NCBI GenBank assembly: GCA_963668025.2 | Contig: CAXXTH010000011.1 | Span: forward strand, 128,001 to 192,000 | From: Candidatus Hydrogenedentota bacterium | GTDB lineage: Bacteria; Hydrogenedentota; Hydrogenedentia; Hydrogenedentales; SLHB01 | Direction: 5' to 3' | Length of the DNA stretch: 64,000 nucleotides | Shown here: positions 1 through 9,030 of the stretch, in pieces | Position numbering within the stretch: the stretch's first letter is position 1 | Layout: each line of letters starts with the position of its first letter | Notes under the pieces: generated by a model | Databases searched by the model: none | The model's input: only the letters and a program-made list of their open reading frames with translations | What the model was told of the DNA's origin: nothing | Made by a program: the position numbers and the translations under genes

Positions 1-49
1 GGCTAAGCTTGAATTGTTCTAAAGGCGTAAGACCAGCGGACTTAGCAGA

Positions 50-78
50 TTGACTTCACATGCTTTTTGTGTTAGAGT
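50..78 (+). promoter_or_regulatory. Putative sigma70 promoter (TTGACT-N17-TAGAGT)
   Basis: -35/-10-like hexamers with a 17-nt spacer about 40 nt upstream of the ORF at 120. Confidence 0.4.
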
Positions 79-119
79 CAAACGGCATTCACGGGGGTCA
101 ACAAGCATTGGAGTAGCTG

Positions 120-695
120 ATGGACAAGCGGCGTTACGGCAAAAAACAACAGAAAATCATTGACACATTGGATAAGAGCGTTCAGATGTGCCAAGAATTC
201 CTAAATGACTGGTTGATGTTCAATCAAATCCTTATTCAATACCCAAGTCCTGGGGTGAATAAGGCGCAGCTTGAAAATAACTTTTTGAAAATCAAGAGCA
301 AGCTCGCTCGCGAACATCAAGTGCTCCGCGATACATTGGCGGCGGATTATCGCTTTGACCCGAACATGATGAATATCGTATCGGGCGCTACGAATCTCGA
401 GAGCATCTATGCCCAGTCGGAAGTGGCTGTGAAGAAACTCCAAAATGAATGGCATCGCGCATTCATTTCGATCAACGAGACGCTTGGCACCCTGCAAGAC
501 AAAAAAACGCGCGCGGAGATGGGCGAGAAAGTATTTCTCGGCAATCCCGAAACGAGCGTGAAAGCGGGCATGTCGCCCTCCATGAAGAAGAATCTTATTA
601 TAGTGGCGATTATCCTAATTATCGTTGGAATCATCGTATGCGTTCCGCAATTGCAGGCGATCTGGGTGGATGCGTTTAAACAATTGACCAAATAA
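120..695 (+). CDS. Hypothetical helical protein with C-terminal membrane anchor
   Basis: 191-aa ORF with GGAG SD; C-terminal hydrophobic segment LIIVAIILIIVGIIVCV. Confidence 0.75.
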   Translation: MDKRRYGKKQQKIIDTLDKSVQMCQEFLNDWLMFNQILIQYPSPGVNKAQLENNFLKIKSKLAREHQVLRDTLAADYRFDPNMMNIVSGATNLESIYAQSEVAVKKLQNEWHRAFISINETLGTLQDKKTRAEMGEKVFLGNPETSVKAGMSPSMKKNLIIVAIILIIVGIIVCVPQLQAIWVDAFKQLTK

Positions 696-764
696 CCCGA
701 TGATCGATTCAGTGGCTCTCTTTTGTAGTAGTGTTTTTTTCTGTCCAGGCGGGGAGAATGGTAT

Positions 765-1082
765 ATGACGAAGCGGGAACTGGTCATGGAAGTGGCCGAA
801 CGGCTTGGGTATACCCAGAATGAAGTGGCCGATATTGTCCAGACGGCCCTTGATGCGATCACGGAATCTTTGGCGGAAGGGCAGCGCCTCGAACTGCGTA
901 ATTTTGGCGTCTTTGAGGTCAAGAAACGGGACGCCCGCATGGGGCGCAATCCGCGCACAGGGCAAGAAGTGCCCATCACCAGCAAGCGTGTCGCGTCCTT
1001 CAAACCGGGCAAAGCATTGAAAGAATATGTTCAGACGGGCGTAGCCCCTGAGCCGGAACGGGAAGAATCCACCTCACAATAG
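765..1082 (+). CDS. HU/IHF family DNA-binding protein
   Basis: MTKRELV...LRNFGVFEV...GRNPRTGQEVPI...FKPGK signature. Confidence 0.95.
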   Translation: MTKRELVMEVAERLGYTQNEVADIVQTALDAITESLAEGQRLELRNFGVFEVKKRDARMGRNPRTGQEVPITSKRVASFKPGKALKEYVQTGVAPEPEREESTSQ

Positions 1083-1136
1083 ATAGCATGCAGGCAATAG
1101 GCTCTGTCGGCAATCACTCATCTCAAGGAGCTGTTC

Positions 1137-1976
1137 ATGCCCGAAGATGACGCCCGCATGACGCTGGTCGAGCATCTCGCGGAATTACGAAAACGCTTAA
1201 TGTGGTCTCTTGCCGTCATTGGCATTTGCATGGTGGTGTGTTTTGGCTTTTCAAACCAGCTTTTTGCCCTGATCGCCCGCCCGCTGCTTCCGTTACAGGG
1301 CCAACAAGCGGCTATTACCGAGGCGGAATCACCCACTAGCGCTCCCACTGCGGAAACCCCGGAGGCCCAGCCCAAAGAGAAGTCGCTTTGGATCGCTTTG
1401 AGCCCGATGGAAGGATTCACGGTCAGCTTCAAACTAGCGGGATATGGCGGCTTGGTGCTGGCGTTTCCGTTTGTGCTGTATCAGATTTGCGCTTTCGTGT
1501 TTCCCGGCCTCAAACCTAAAGAGCGCCGGGCCGCCCAGTTTTTGATCGCAGGCTCCAGCATCTTGGTGATTGTAGGCGTGTGTGTGGCCTATTTCATGAT
1601 TTTGCCCGTGATTCTCCAGTATTTAGCGGCATACCTTCCCCCTTCCGTCGAACTCAAACTGCGCATGCGCGAGACCATCGGATTAATCCTCGCCATCCTC
1701 ATGGGATTCGCCATTGCATTTCAATTCCCCATGGTGGTGTTGGTGCTGGTCTATCTCGAATTACTAGATCCTGCTTCACTGCGCAAATGGCGCCGCATGG
1801 CGATAGTCGGCATCGCCATCGCCAGTGCGATATTGACACCGCCGGACCCATTCTCCATGATGATGATGATGATACCGTTATTGATTCTATATGAAATGAG
1901 CATTTGGCTGTCCTATTTGATTGTGCGAAAACGGCAGCACCAAGTTAAGGACGCTTTCACGCCTTCGGGCGAATAG
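1137..1976 (+). CDS. tatC: Twin-arginine translocase subunit TatC
   Basis: MTLVEHLAELRKRL, FPGLKPKE and ILTPPDPFS...LYE motifs; multiple TM segments. Confidence 0.95.
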   Translation: MPEDDARMTLVEHLAELRKRLMWSLAVIGICMVVCFGFSNQLFALIARPLLPLQGQQAAITEAESPTSAPTAETPEAQPKEKSLWIALSPMEGFTVSFKLAGYGGLVLAFPFVLYQICAFVFPGLKPKERRAAQFLIAGSSILVIVGVCVAYFMILPVILQYLAAYLPPSVELKLRMRETIGLILAILMGFAIAFQFPMVVLVLVYLELLDPASLRKWRRMAIVGIAIASAILTPPDPFSMMMMMIPLLILYEMSIWLSYLIVRKRQHQVKDAFTPSGE

Positions 1977-2339
1977 GTGGATATGGGCCTGGGTTTTTAT
2001 GAGATCCTCATTATATTGGGAGTCGCCCTGCTGGTGCTTGGGCCGGAGAAATTCCCTGGCTTCGCCAAAATGGCTATCCGCGCGGTTCACGACCTTCGCA
2101 GCTATATGGATGAGATGAAGCGTGATATCGCGGGGGAATTGCGGCCTATGAAGGACGAGATACGCAAGCTTTCGCAGATAGATCCCATGTCGTTTGATGC
2201 GCCTCCGAAACCGGCGCCCGCGCCGTCGGCTCATCCAAACGTCCCAGATACCGAGCCGCCCACGCCTGAAAAGGACGAGAAGGCGCCCGAAGAAAAAGAA
2301 GACGAATCACAAGCGGATCAAAACAGTTCAACTCCGTGA
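1977..2339 (+). CDS. tatB: TatB (TatA/B family) translocase subunit
   Basis: GLGFYEILIILGVALLVLGPEKFP, amphipathic helix and acidic tail; start may be the ATG at 1983. Confidence 0.85.
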   Translation: MDMGLGFYEILIILGVALLVLGPEKFPGFAKMAIRAVHDLRSYMDEMKRDIAGELRPMKDEIRKLSQIDPMSFDAPPKPAPAPSAHPNVPDTEPPTPEKDEKAPEEKEDESQADQNSSTP

Positions 2340-2455
2340 GCACTAACAACCATAATCTTGTTTTCTTGCAAGGATTTTCTGTGTAAACCAATGTATTATA
2401 ATTGGTTAGGATCTACGATTTTTACATAGTATTTTTGTCGGTAAATCCTTTGAAC

Positions 2456-2477
2456 GGTGGAGCAAGCCCCACCCTAC
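2456..2477 (-). repeat. GTAG-type REP (consensus GTAGGGTGGGGCTTGCCCCACC), copy 1
   Basis: One mismatch to the copy at 17815-17836; hairpin preceded by GTAG. Confidence 0.7.
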
Positions 2478-2551
2478 CCATCTGAATTTTAGTGTATTTA
2501 GTGTATTTCGTGGTTTAAAATTCGGCTCTTTGGTTGTGGCTACGTTGCGCT
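2471..2551. repeat. About 80-bp dispersed repeat with 9-bp-periodic TTTAGTGTA units, copy 1
   Basis: Direct repeat of 34782-34861. Confidence 0.75.
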
Positions 2552-2565
2552 AAAAACGTATGCCG

Positions 2566-2587
2566 ATGGGCGTTTCGCCCATGCTAC
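2566..2587 (-). repeat. GTAG-type REP of the CATGGGCG-N3-CGCCCATG family
   Basis: Matches copies at 4439, 10627 and 11164. Confidence 0.65.
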
Positions 2588-3126
2588 TATTTGAGAAGCG
2601 GCAATACCGATTTGAATGCTGGCGTGCCTGCGGCGCGCAGAATTTCGAAGATCGCCATTTCGACCGTCACCACTTCCACGCCATGCTGGCGCATTCGTTC
2701 GAGGCCTGCCTGATGCTCTTCTGGGTCGCGGGAGCTTACGGCGTCGCGCGCCACGAAGACTTCAAATCCCATCTCTTTCGCGCCAAATGCTGTTTGCCAT
2801 ACGCATACATGCGTCTCAACACCCGCCAGTAAAAGCTGCTTGCGTTGAACACCCCGCATGGCCTCCGCGAAAACGGGATCTCCCGTGACACTAAACGATG
2901 TTTTGGGGATGGGATGCAATCCTCCCAGTTCGGAGGCGATGGCCTGTGTTGTTGGCCCTAAGCCTTTAGGATATTGCTCCGCCCACAGAATCGGCAGTTT
3001 TAACTGGCGGGCAAACCGGAGCAATTTCACTGTCCGTTCGAGCACGCGCTCTGCTTCATGGATCTTGGGGAGCAAATTATCTTGTAGATCAATGATAACC
3101 AGTGCCGTTGTCTCTAGATTTAAAAT
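2587..3126 (-). CDS. Isochorismatase-family cysteine hydrolase
   Basis: ALVIIDLQ, EQYPKGLGPT, KTSFS and GVETHVCVWQT motifs; start uncertain (ATT at 3126 behind AGAGGT, or further upstream to 3216). Confidence 0.88.
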   Translation of the reverse strand: MLNLETTALVIIDLQDNLLPKIHEAERVLERTVKLLRFARQLKLPILWAEQYPKGLGPTTQAIASELGGLHPIPKTSFSVTGDPVFAEAMRGVQRKQLLLAGVETHVCVWQTAFGAKEMGFEVFVARDAVSSRDPEEHQAGLERMRQHGVEVVTVEMAIFEILRAAGTPAFKSVLPLLK

Positions 3127-3247
3127 GCCGCACCTCTTTAGTTTTGCCCAAACGACCTCTTCTTGCAGAAATATGGCCAGTACCATATGATGTTTCGGGT
3201 ACACACTGCAAACCATTCCAACGAGGCATCCAAGAGGAGGGAGACTG

Positions 3248-4393
3248 ATGAGAATGACGTTTCATACTCGGCATGCCATAGGGGCGCTGATGCTGGCAAG
3301 CGTGATGGCCTTCACGCTGTCCGCTTCGGGGCAATTGCCCGCATCGACAAATGTAGAAGGATTCGGCCTGAAGATTTTCCGGGTCGAGTCGGGGCTATAC
3401 CCCTTCGTGCAGGTTTATTTCCGCACTTTCGACCAGGATATGCAGCCTCTCGTGAATTTGAATGAGCTTAATATCGGCGTCATGGTCAAGGGCCGCCCCT
3501 ACGATGTGGCGAAACGCCAGTATATGGTCCAGTCCATCCGCAACCGGGAGGAAGCCGTGCGCACGGTCATCGTGCTGGATTGCAGCAAGACCATGGCCGG
3601 AGCGCCATTTGACAACGCGAAACTCGCCACAGCGCGTTTTATCGATAGCAAACGGAACCAAGACCAAGTGGCCATCATCGCCGTGAATGATGCCGAGGGC
3701 GGCTACGAGATCGTATCGAACTTCGAGCGAGATCCGGAAGCGCTGGGGCGGCGGCTGGCGGATATAAAGTGCGACGCCAATACGACCTCGCTTTATGACG
3801 CCATCGGCCGCGCCATGCAGATGTGCGGCATGGTGTCGCAAGGCGGCACCCAAACCACGGATGCGGAATACATCATATCGAACTCTATCGTGGTCTTCTC
3901 GGACGGGAAAGACGAGAACAGCGCGCTGACACGGGAGGAGTTGAATACACGTATTGCAAATCTCAAGACGCCTATTCCCATCTATTCGCTCGCGTACACG
4001 CGCGTCGATCCGGTCCATCTAAAGAATCTCGAAGCCTTGTCGAAAAACTCATTCGGCGTGTATTACCCCATTGGTGAAACGGTTGAACGCATGCAAAAAG
4101 TCGTGGAGAGCATCCAAAATATTCTTCAAAACGATTATGTCGTGACTTTCCGGGCTTATTTGCCCGTGGACGGTGAGACGCATCAGCTCAAGATAGGACT
4201 CGAGTATCCTTCGCGCAGCGGGAAAATGACGTATCAAGGCGCTGAGTTTGAAGCTATTGAGCCGCCGCCCGTGCAGAAAGTTCTAGAAATACAAGCGAAG
4301 TTCAACGCAGCCCTTCAGGCGCTGGCCGACGGCAATCCCTACATGAGCAATCCGAACCTGCCTGCGCCAGCGGAGACGCCCAGCAACCCGTAG
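3248..4393 (+). CDS. Secreted VWA-domain protein
   Basis: Signal peptide; MIDAS-like DCSKTM, TSLYDAI and VFSDGKDE; strong SD GAGGAGG. Confidence 0.85.
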   Translation: MRMTFHTRHAIGALMLASVMAFTLSASGQLPASTNVEGFGLKIFRVESGLYPFVQVYFRTFDQDMQPLVNLNELNIGVMVKGRPYDVAKRQYMVQSIRNREEAVRTVIVLDCSKTMAGAPFDNAKLATARFIDSKRNQDQVAIIAVNDAEGGYEIVSNFERDPEALGRRLADIKCDANTTSLYDAIGRAMQMCGMVSQGGTQTTDAEYIISNSIVVFSDGKDENSALTREELNTRIANLKTPIPIYSLAYTRVDPVHLKNLEALSKNSFGVYYPIGETVERMQKVVESIQNILQNDYVVTFRAYLPVDGETHQLKIGLEYPSRSGKMTYQGAEFEAIEPPPVQKVLEIQAKFNAALQALADGNPYMSNPNLPAPAETPSNP

Positions 4394-4438
4394 GGTGAGA
4401 GCTGGGTCTCGGGGTGTTGAGGGAGATGTGCAAGCCGC

Positions 4439-4487
4439 ATGGCATGGGCGTCCCTGCCCTTGCGCCTGGCTGAGACGGCCATGCCAC
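4439..4487. repeat. Degenerate REP doublet (CATGGGCG/CGGCCATG family)
   Basis: Similar to the REPIN-like doublet at 10627-10674. Confidence 0.6.
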
Positions 4488-4521
4488 GGGAATTGGAGCC
4501 TGGAACTCGACGGAGAAGAGA

Positions 4522-7248
4522 ATGGACGACTCGATGAATGCGGTAGATCGGACATTCATGGCGCTAAGTGCGCGTATTGGTGATGAAGAGACGGCTCAGG
4601 GCGATGTGCAGCACATGCAGGGCGGGTTCCTCATCGCATTAAGCCCCTCATTGAGCCATCGGGAATACGCCCTAAGCTTCAAGCCCGCCACGATAGGGCG
4701 CGATGCGCAGCATTGCGATGTCGTATGCGTGGGCGACACCATCTCCCGGAAACATTGCGTTCTAATCACGGAAGATGGCTCGGCGTACCGCCTGCAAGAC
4801 TTGCATTCCACCAATGGCGTATATGTAAACCAGCGCCGGGTGAATGGCGAAACCGCGCTCACGGATGGCGATCTGATCGGCTTGGGCTCCGAGCACGTTG
4901 TTCATTTGCGTTTCCAGCGTGAAAGCGGGCGCAACCGCCCTTGGACGATTTCGCTTCCAAAGAAAGACGCTTGGGCCATTGGCCGTTCGCCCGCATGCGA
5001 TGTGTCTCTTGCGTTCGAATCCACGGTGTCATCGCGCCATGCCCTTGTGCGGCCCCGGGGCGGGCAGATCGAAGTGGCGGATTTGGGCAGCGTCAATGGC
5101 ACCTGGCTCAACGGACGCCGCGTGAAACGCGCCATTCTCGAGCCTACGGACTCCATCATGATCGGCTCCACGCTGCTGCGCTTCAGCCTTGAAGAGGATG
5201 GGGCGCTTCGGGCCATACGGCGCGATTGCGGCGACGAAATCGCCCTGGAATGCGTGGGGCTCACCCGTGATGTAGCGGGAGGCCGCCGCATTTTAGACCG
5301 TATCAGCCTCGCCATTCGCCCGGGCGAATTCGTGGGATTACTGGGCCCTAGCGGCGCGGGAAAATCGACGCTGCTCCAATCACTCAATGGCTACCATCCC
5401 GCGGCCTACGGCTGCGTGCTATTGAATGAAATGCCGCTATACCCCTGCTTCGACATGTTCCGCAACACGATTGGCTACGTGCCGCAGGACGACATTGTCT
5501 ATCCTGAACTCACCGTGGAAGACAGCTTGGACTATGTAGCGCGTTTGCGGCTGCCGCCCGATATGAGCGCCGGGCAGCGGCGCGATTTGATTCAAACCAC
5601 GCTCGAGACGCTTGGCCTGACGCATGTCCGCACCAGCCGCGTGCAAGAGCTGAGCGGTGGCCAGCGCAAGCGCGTTTCCATCGGGTGCGAATTGATCACG
5701 CGGCCCAGCCTGCTCTTTCTCGATGAACCCACCAGCGGCATGGATCCCAGCACGGAAGAGCGCCTCATGCGCCATTTCCAATCCATGGCGCAGCACGGCA
5801 CGACCGTGCTCATTACAACGCATATTCTGTATAACCTCGGCCTGTTGGACCGCGTGGTAATCTTGGCGCGGGGGCGCTTGGTCTTTTTCGGGACGCCCCA
5901 AGAGGCCATGGGTTTCTTCACTATTGGCGGCCAGCCGGTGGAGCGGCCCACGCAGATCTTCGAGCTTCTGGAAGGCGAGCATATCCATACCCGTACAAAT
6001 GACCAGGCCAGCGCAGGCGATGCAAAAGAAGCCGTGGCGGAAGAATATGCGCAGAAATACCGGGAATCGGACTTGTACAAGAAGCATGTAGGCGGCGAAT
6101 TTTCTGGTATTGCCCGTGAACTGCAAGAGATAAGCGCCCAATCCGGGGGGAAAACCACTTCACCGCGCCCTGGCGAACCATCGCAGCGGGCGGCATACCG
6201 GACACTCCTGGATAAACCCACGGCTGGCGCCCGCAAATCCATTACGTTGAATTGGTTCTCACCCCGCGCTTTGTGGACCCTCACCCGGCGCAACATGGAT
6301 ATCAAATTCGTGCCGCTTCGGCGCGCCCTCTTTTATTTCGCCGTGCCTATTGTGCTGGCGCTGGCCACGCTATCCCTGCGCACATCGTCTTTCCCTGACG
6401 ACGCCGAGGCAACACAACAACGCAGTGAGATTCGCAGTCTGCTGACATATACGATGCCCGGCGGCATGGGCTCCATTCCGCTTGGCGAGCCAATTAAGCG
6501 CCTCCTTGCCCCCGATGGAGCGAAGGATCCCCGTCCCGCCGAGGATGTCGTCTTCGCCCTTAAACACGAGGGCCTTCCGAATTTGCCAACACCGATAAGC
6601 GTGCTGCTCATGTTCGTCATGACCGCCGTATTCATGGGCACGCTGATGTCCTGCCTGGATCTCTCGACGGAACGGCCCATCTATATCCGCGAGCGCATGG
6701 CCAACCAAAAAATCGCGGACTATATCGGGTCGAAGCTGCCCTTTCTCTTGCTGATAACCGCCGCGCAATGCCTGTTGTTCTTGATGCTCTGCCGGCTCAA
6801 GCCTGGCCTGCGCTATTTTGATTTTCCGGCGACGGCCCTTGCCATGGTGGCCATGGCCTGGACCTCCTGCGCCATGGGCCTCTTCTTGAGCGCCATAGAC
6901 CCCAGCCCCGGCCGGTTTTCCGTGATCTTGGCCATTGTGGCGGTGCTGCCGCAATTGGTGCTCTCGGGAGGCCTTGGCCCGGATTTTTACGGGGGCATGC
7001 CGAAAGCGCTGCGCCTGGTTGCCGACGCATTTCCCGCCCGGTGGGGCTTGGAAATGTTGATGACTTCGTTTTACTACCACCCTAGCCGCACCGCGCTTGC
7101 CTGGATCCAGGATTTCACGCCAAACTCCATTGGATTTCGTTTTGGTCCGCAGGTATACTGGAACGGCACGGCAGTCCTGTTTTTACAGGGTGTTTGGTGG
7201 CTTGTGTTGTGCGGGATGGCGCTTAAACGGCTCGACCGGGCCCGATAA
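4522..7248 (+). CDS. FHA-FHA-ABC ATPase-ABC2 permease fusion (Rv1747-like exporter)
   Basis: Two FHA domains (IGR...SRxH...SxNG); Walker A GPSGAGKST, LSGGQ, LFLDEPTSG; C-terminal TM segments. Confidence 0.93.
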   Translation: MDDSMNAVDRTFMALSARIGDEETAQGDVQHMQGGFLIALSPSLSHREYALSFKPATIGRDAQHCDVVCVGDTISRKHCVLITEDGSAYRLQDLHSTNGVYVNQRRVNGETALTDGDLIGLGSEHVVHLRFQRESGRNRPWTISLPKKDAWAIGRSPACDVSLAFESTVSSRHALVRPRGGQIEVADLGSVNGTWLNGRRVKRAILEPTDSIMIGSTLLRFSLEEDGALRAIRRDCGDEIALECVGLTRDVAGGRRILDRISLAIRPGEFVGLLGPSGAGKSTLLQSLNGYHPAAYGCVLLNEMPLYPCFDMFRNTIGYVPQDDIVYPELTVEDSLDYVARLRLPPDMSAGQRRDLIQTTLETLGLTHVRTSRVQELSGGQRKRVSIGCELITRPSLLFLDEPTSGMDPSTEERLMRHFQSMAQHGTTVLITTHILYNLGLLDRVVILARGRLVFFGTPQEAMGFFTIGGQPVERPTQIFELLEGEHIHTRTNDQASAGDAKEAVAEEYAQKYRESDLYKKHVGGEFSGIARELQEISAQSGGKTTSPRPGEPSQRAAYRTLLDKPTAGARKSITLNWFSPRALWTLTRRNMDIKFVPLRRALFYFAVPIVLALATLSLRTSSFPDDAEATQQRSEIRSLLTYTMPGGMGSIPLGEPIKRLLAPDGAKDPRPAEDVVFALKHEGLPNLPTPISVLLMFVMTAVFMGTLMSCLDLSTERPIYIRERMANQKIADYIGSKLPFLLLITAAQCLLFLMLCRLKPGLRYFDFPATALAMVAMAWTSCAMGLFLSAIDPSPGRFSVILAIVAVLPQLVLSGGLGPDFYGGMPKALRLVADAFPARWGLEMLMTSFYYHPSRTALAWIQDFTPNSIGFRFGPQVYWNGTAVLFLQGVWWLVLCGMALKRLDRAR

Positions 7249-7280
7249 GAGAGCCAGCCCATTCATAGCCGCCAGAGGAT

Positions 7281-8945
7281 ATGGGCATGGATGAAGAAGA
7301 CCATATCGAATTGGAGCCGACCCATATAAGCGCAGGCGGAGCCACGTCGCGATTTAGAATCCTGCAATGCCTGGGCTCGGGCGGCATGGGCGATGTCCAT
7401 CTCGCCGAAGATTCCCAGCTTCAACGCCGCGTGGCCATCAAATCCATTCGCGGCGAGCTCTGTAAAGACGATGAAATCCGCAAGCGCATCGAGCGCGAAT
7501 GCCTATTGCACGCCAAAATCGGCTCCCACCCGCATATTGTCACGCTGTATGACCGGGTGGAACAAGAAGGGCGGATCAATCTCATCATGGAGTATGTGGA
7601 GGGTGAAACGCTCCAGCAACTCCTTGAACGGAATGCGAAAGAAGGGCTCCGACTGCCGTGGCGTGAAGGCGTCAAGATCGTGGCCCAAACCCTTGATGCG
7701 CTGGCGCGCATTCACGCGCAAGGGATTGTGCATCGCGATATAAAACCCGGAAATATCCTGCTGAGCCATGACGAAGATGACGGCTACTGTGCGAAACTAA
7801 TGGACTTCGGCATTGCGCGTCCGCGCGATGACGACCAGATGACCGCCCTGACCCGGGAAGGCGCGGGCGGCCCCGGCACGCCGCTGTATATGGCTCCAGA
7901 GCAAATCGATCCGAGGATGTATGGCGAATTGTCTCCTACAACGGATGTATATGCCGTAGGAGTGGTGCTGTATCAAGTGCTTTCAGGCCATCCGCCGTTC
8001 ATGGGCACGCTGACCGAGATTTTCAACGGCCACTTGAACTCGATTCCACCGCCGTTGAGCACCTCAAACAGCGATATGCCCCCCATCTTCATGGATATTC
8101 TCAAGCGGGCGCTGGCGAAACGGCCCGGGGAGCGTTTCCCTTCGGCGCGTATGTTTCGTGAAGAACTGCTGCATGCAGCGGATGCACTGGCGCGGGGCGG
8201 CGAATTCGCTTTGCCGCCGATGACTCCTGCAACATCCTCGGACGCCAGCCGAACGTTGACCGCCGCGGAAGCGGGGGCGTTTTCGGCCGCGCCAGGCTCG
8301 ACCATGCTCGACACCTCCGCCGCGTTGCGCGGGGGCGCGCGTGGCGCATCAAAATCGGCCTTAGGCATTCTGGGGCTGGTGATCATTATTATCGCCGTCG
8401 TGGGCGGATACTTCATGCTGCGGCCAATGCCGGGAACAGAATCCGTTAAAACTACTCCTGATAGCCCGTCCACGGAAACAACACAGCCCGTTACACAGGA
8501 TGATTCAGCGCCGCCAGAACTTGTACCTGCGGCAACTCCACTGACGGAGCCTGCTCCCCAGTCAGACCTTGCCGCACCGGCGCCAACCACGTCTGCGGTG
8601 CAAGCGCCGCCTGTTTCCACGCAAACGACAGAATCCAGCAGCGAGCCTAAATCCTCCGCCATGGATGCTTTGCTCCAAAATTGGAAACCGGGTTCAGAGG
8701 GAACTCCCCCAGAAACAACCTCCGCTCCTGCGGCAAGCACTACACCATCCGAACCGAAAGTAGAGCCAAAGCCGAAACCGAAACCAAAGCCTGAACCAAA
8801 GCCTGAACCTACTCCGGTTCCAGATAAAACTGAAACCGTTACGCCTGAACCCGCCACGGAACCGCCAGCAGCGGAACCATCTACGAATGATGGCGGTCTA
8901 AGTGGTTGGAAAGTAATACGTAAGGAAGATCGCAAGATAGAATAG
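7281..8945 (+). CDS. Hanks-type Ser/Thr protein kinase with TM and Pro/Thr-rich extracellular tail
   Basis: GSGGMGDV, VAIK, HRDIKPGN, DFG and GTPLYMAPE motifs; single TM; PK/PE repeats. Confidence 0.95.
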   Translation: MGMDEEDHIELEPTHISAGGATSRFRILQCLGSGGMGDVHLAEDSQLQRRVAIKSIRGELCKDDEIRKRIERECLLHAKIGSHPHIVTLYDRVEQEGRINLIMEYVEGETLQQLLERNAKEGLRLPWREGVKIVAQTLDALARIHAQGIVHRDIKPGNILLSHDEDDGYCAKLMDFGIARPRDDDQMTALTREGAGGPGTPLYMAPEQIDPRMYGELSPTTDVYAVGVVLYQVLSGHPPFMGTLTEIFNGHLNSIPPPLSTSNSDMPPIFMDILKRALAKRPGERFPSARMFREELLHAADALARGGEFALPPMTPATSSDASRTLTAAEAGAFSAAPGSTMLDTSAALRGGARGASKSALGILGLVIIIIAVVGGYFMLRPMPGTESVKTTPDSPSTETTQPVTQDDSAPPELVPAATPLTEPAPQSDLAAPAPTTSAVQAPPVSTQTTESSSEPKSSAMDALLQNWKPGSEGTPPETTSAPAASTTPSEPKVEPKPKPKPKPEPKPEPTPVPDKTETVTPEPATEPPAAEPSTNDGGLSGWKVIRKEDRKIE

Positions 8946-9030
8946 ATTAACACTGTTCAATGCAAGCCATCAGGTGCGACATCAGCAGCGCCCGGTGGCT
9001 GTGCGGAACGAGAAAGAAAGGAGCACATTG

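Noticed and set aside
8750-8812. Tandem CCAAAG/CCGAAA repeats as a possible CRISPR or VNTR
   Set aside because: Degenerate codon repeats for PK/PE, with no repeat-spacer structure
7973-8953. 326-aa minus-strand ORF with GFGFG repeats
   Set aside because: Antisense shadow of the Pro/Lys-rich kinase tail
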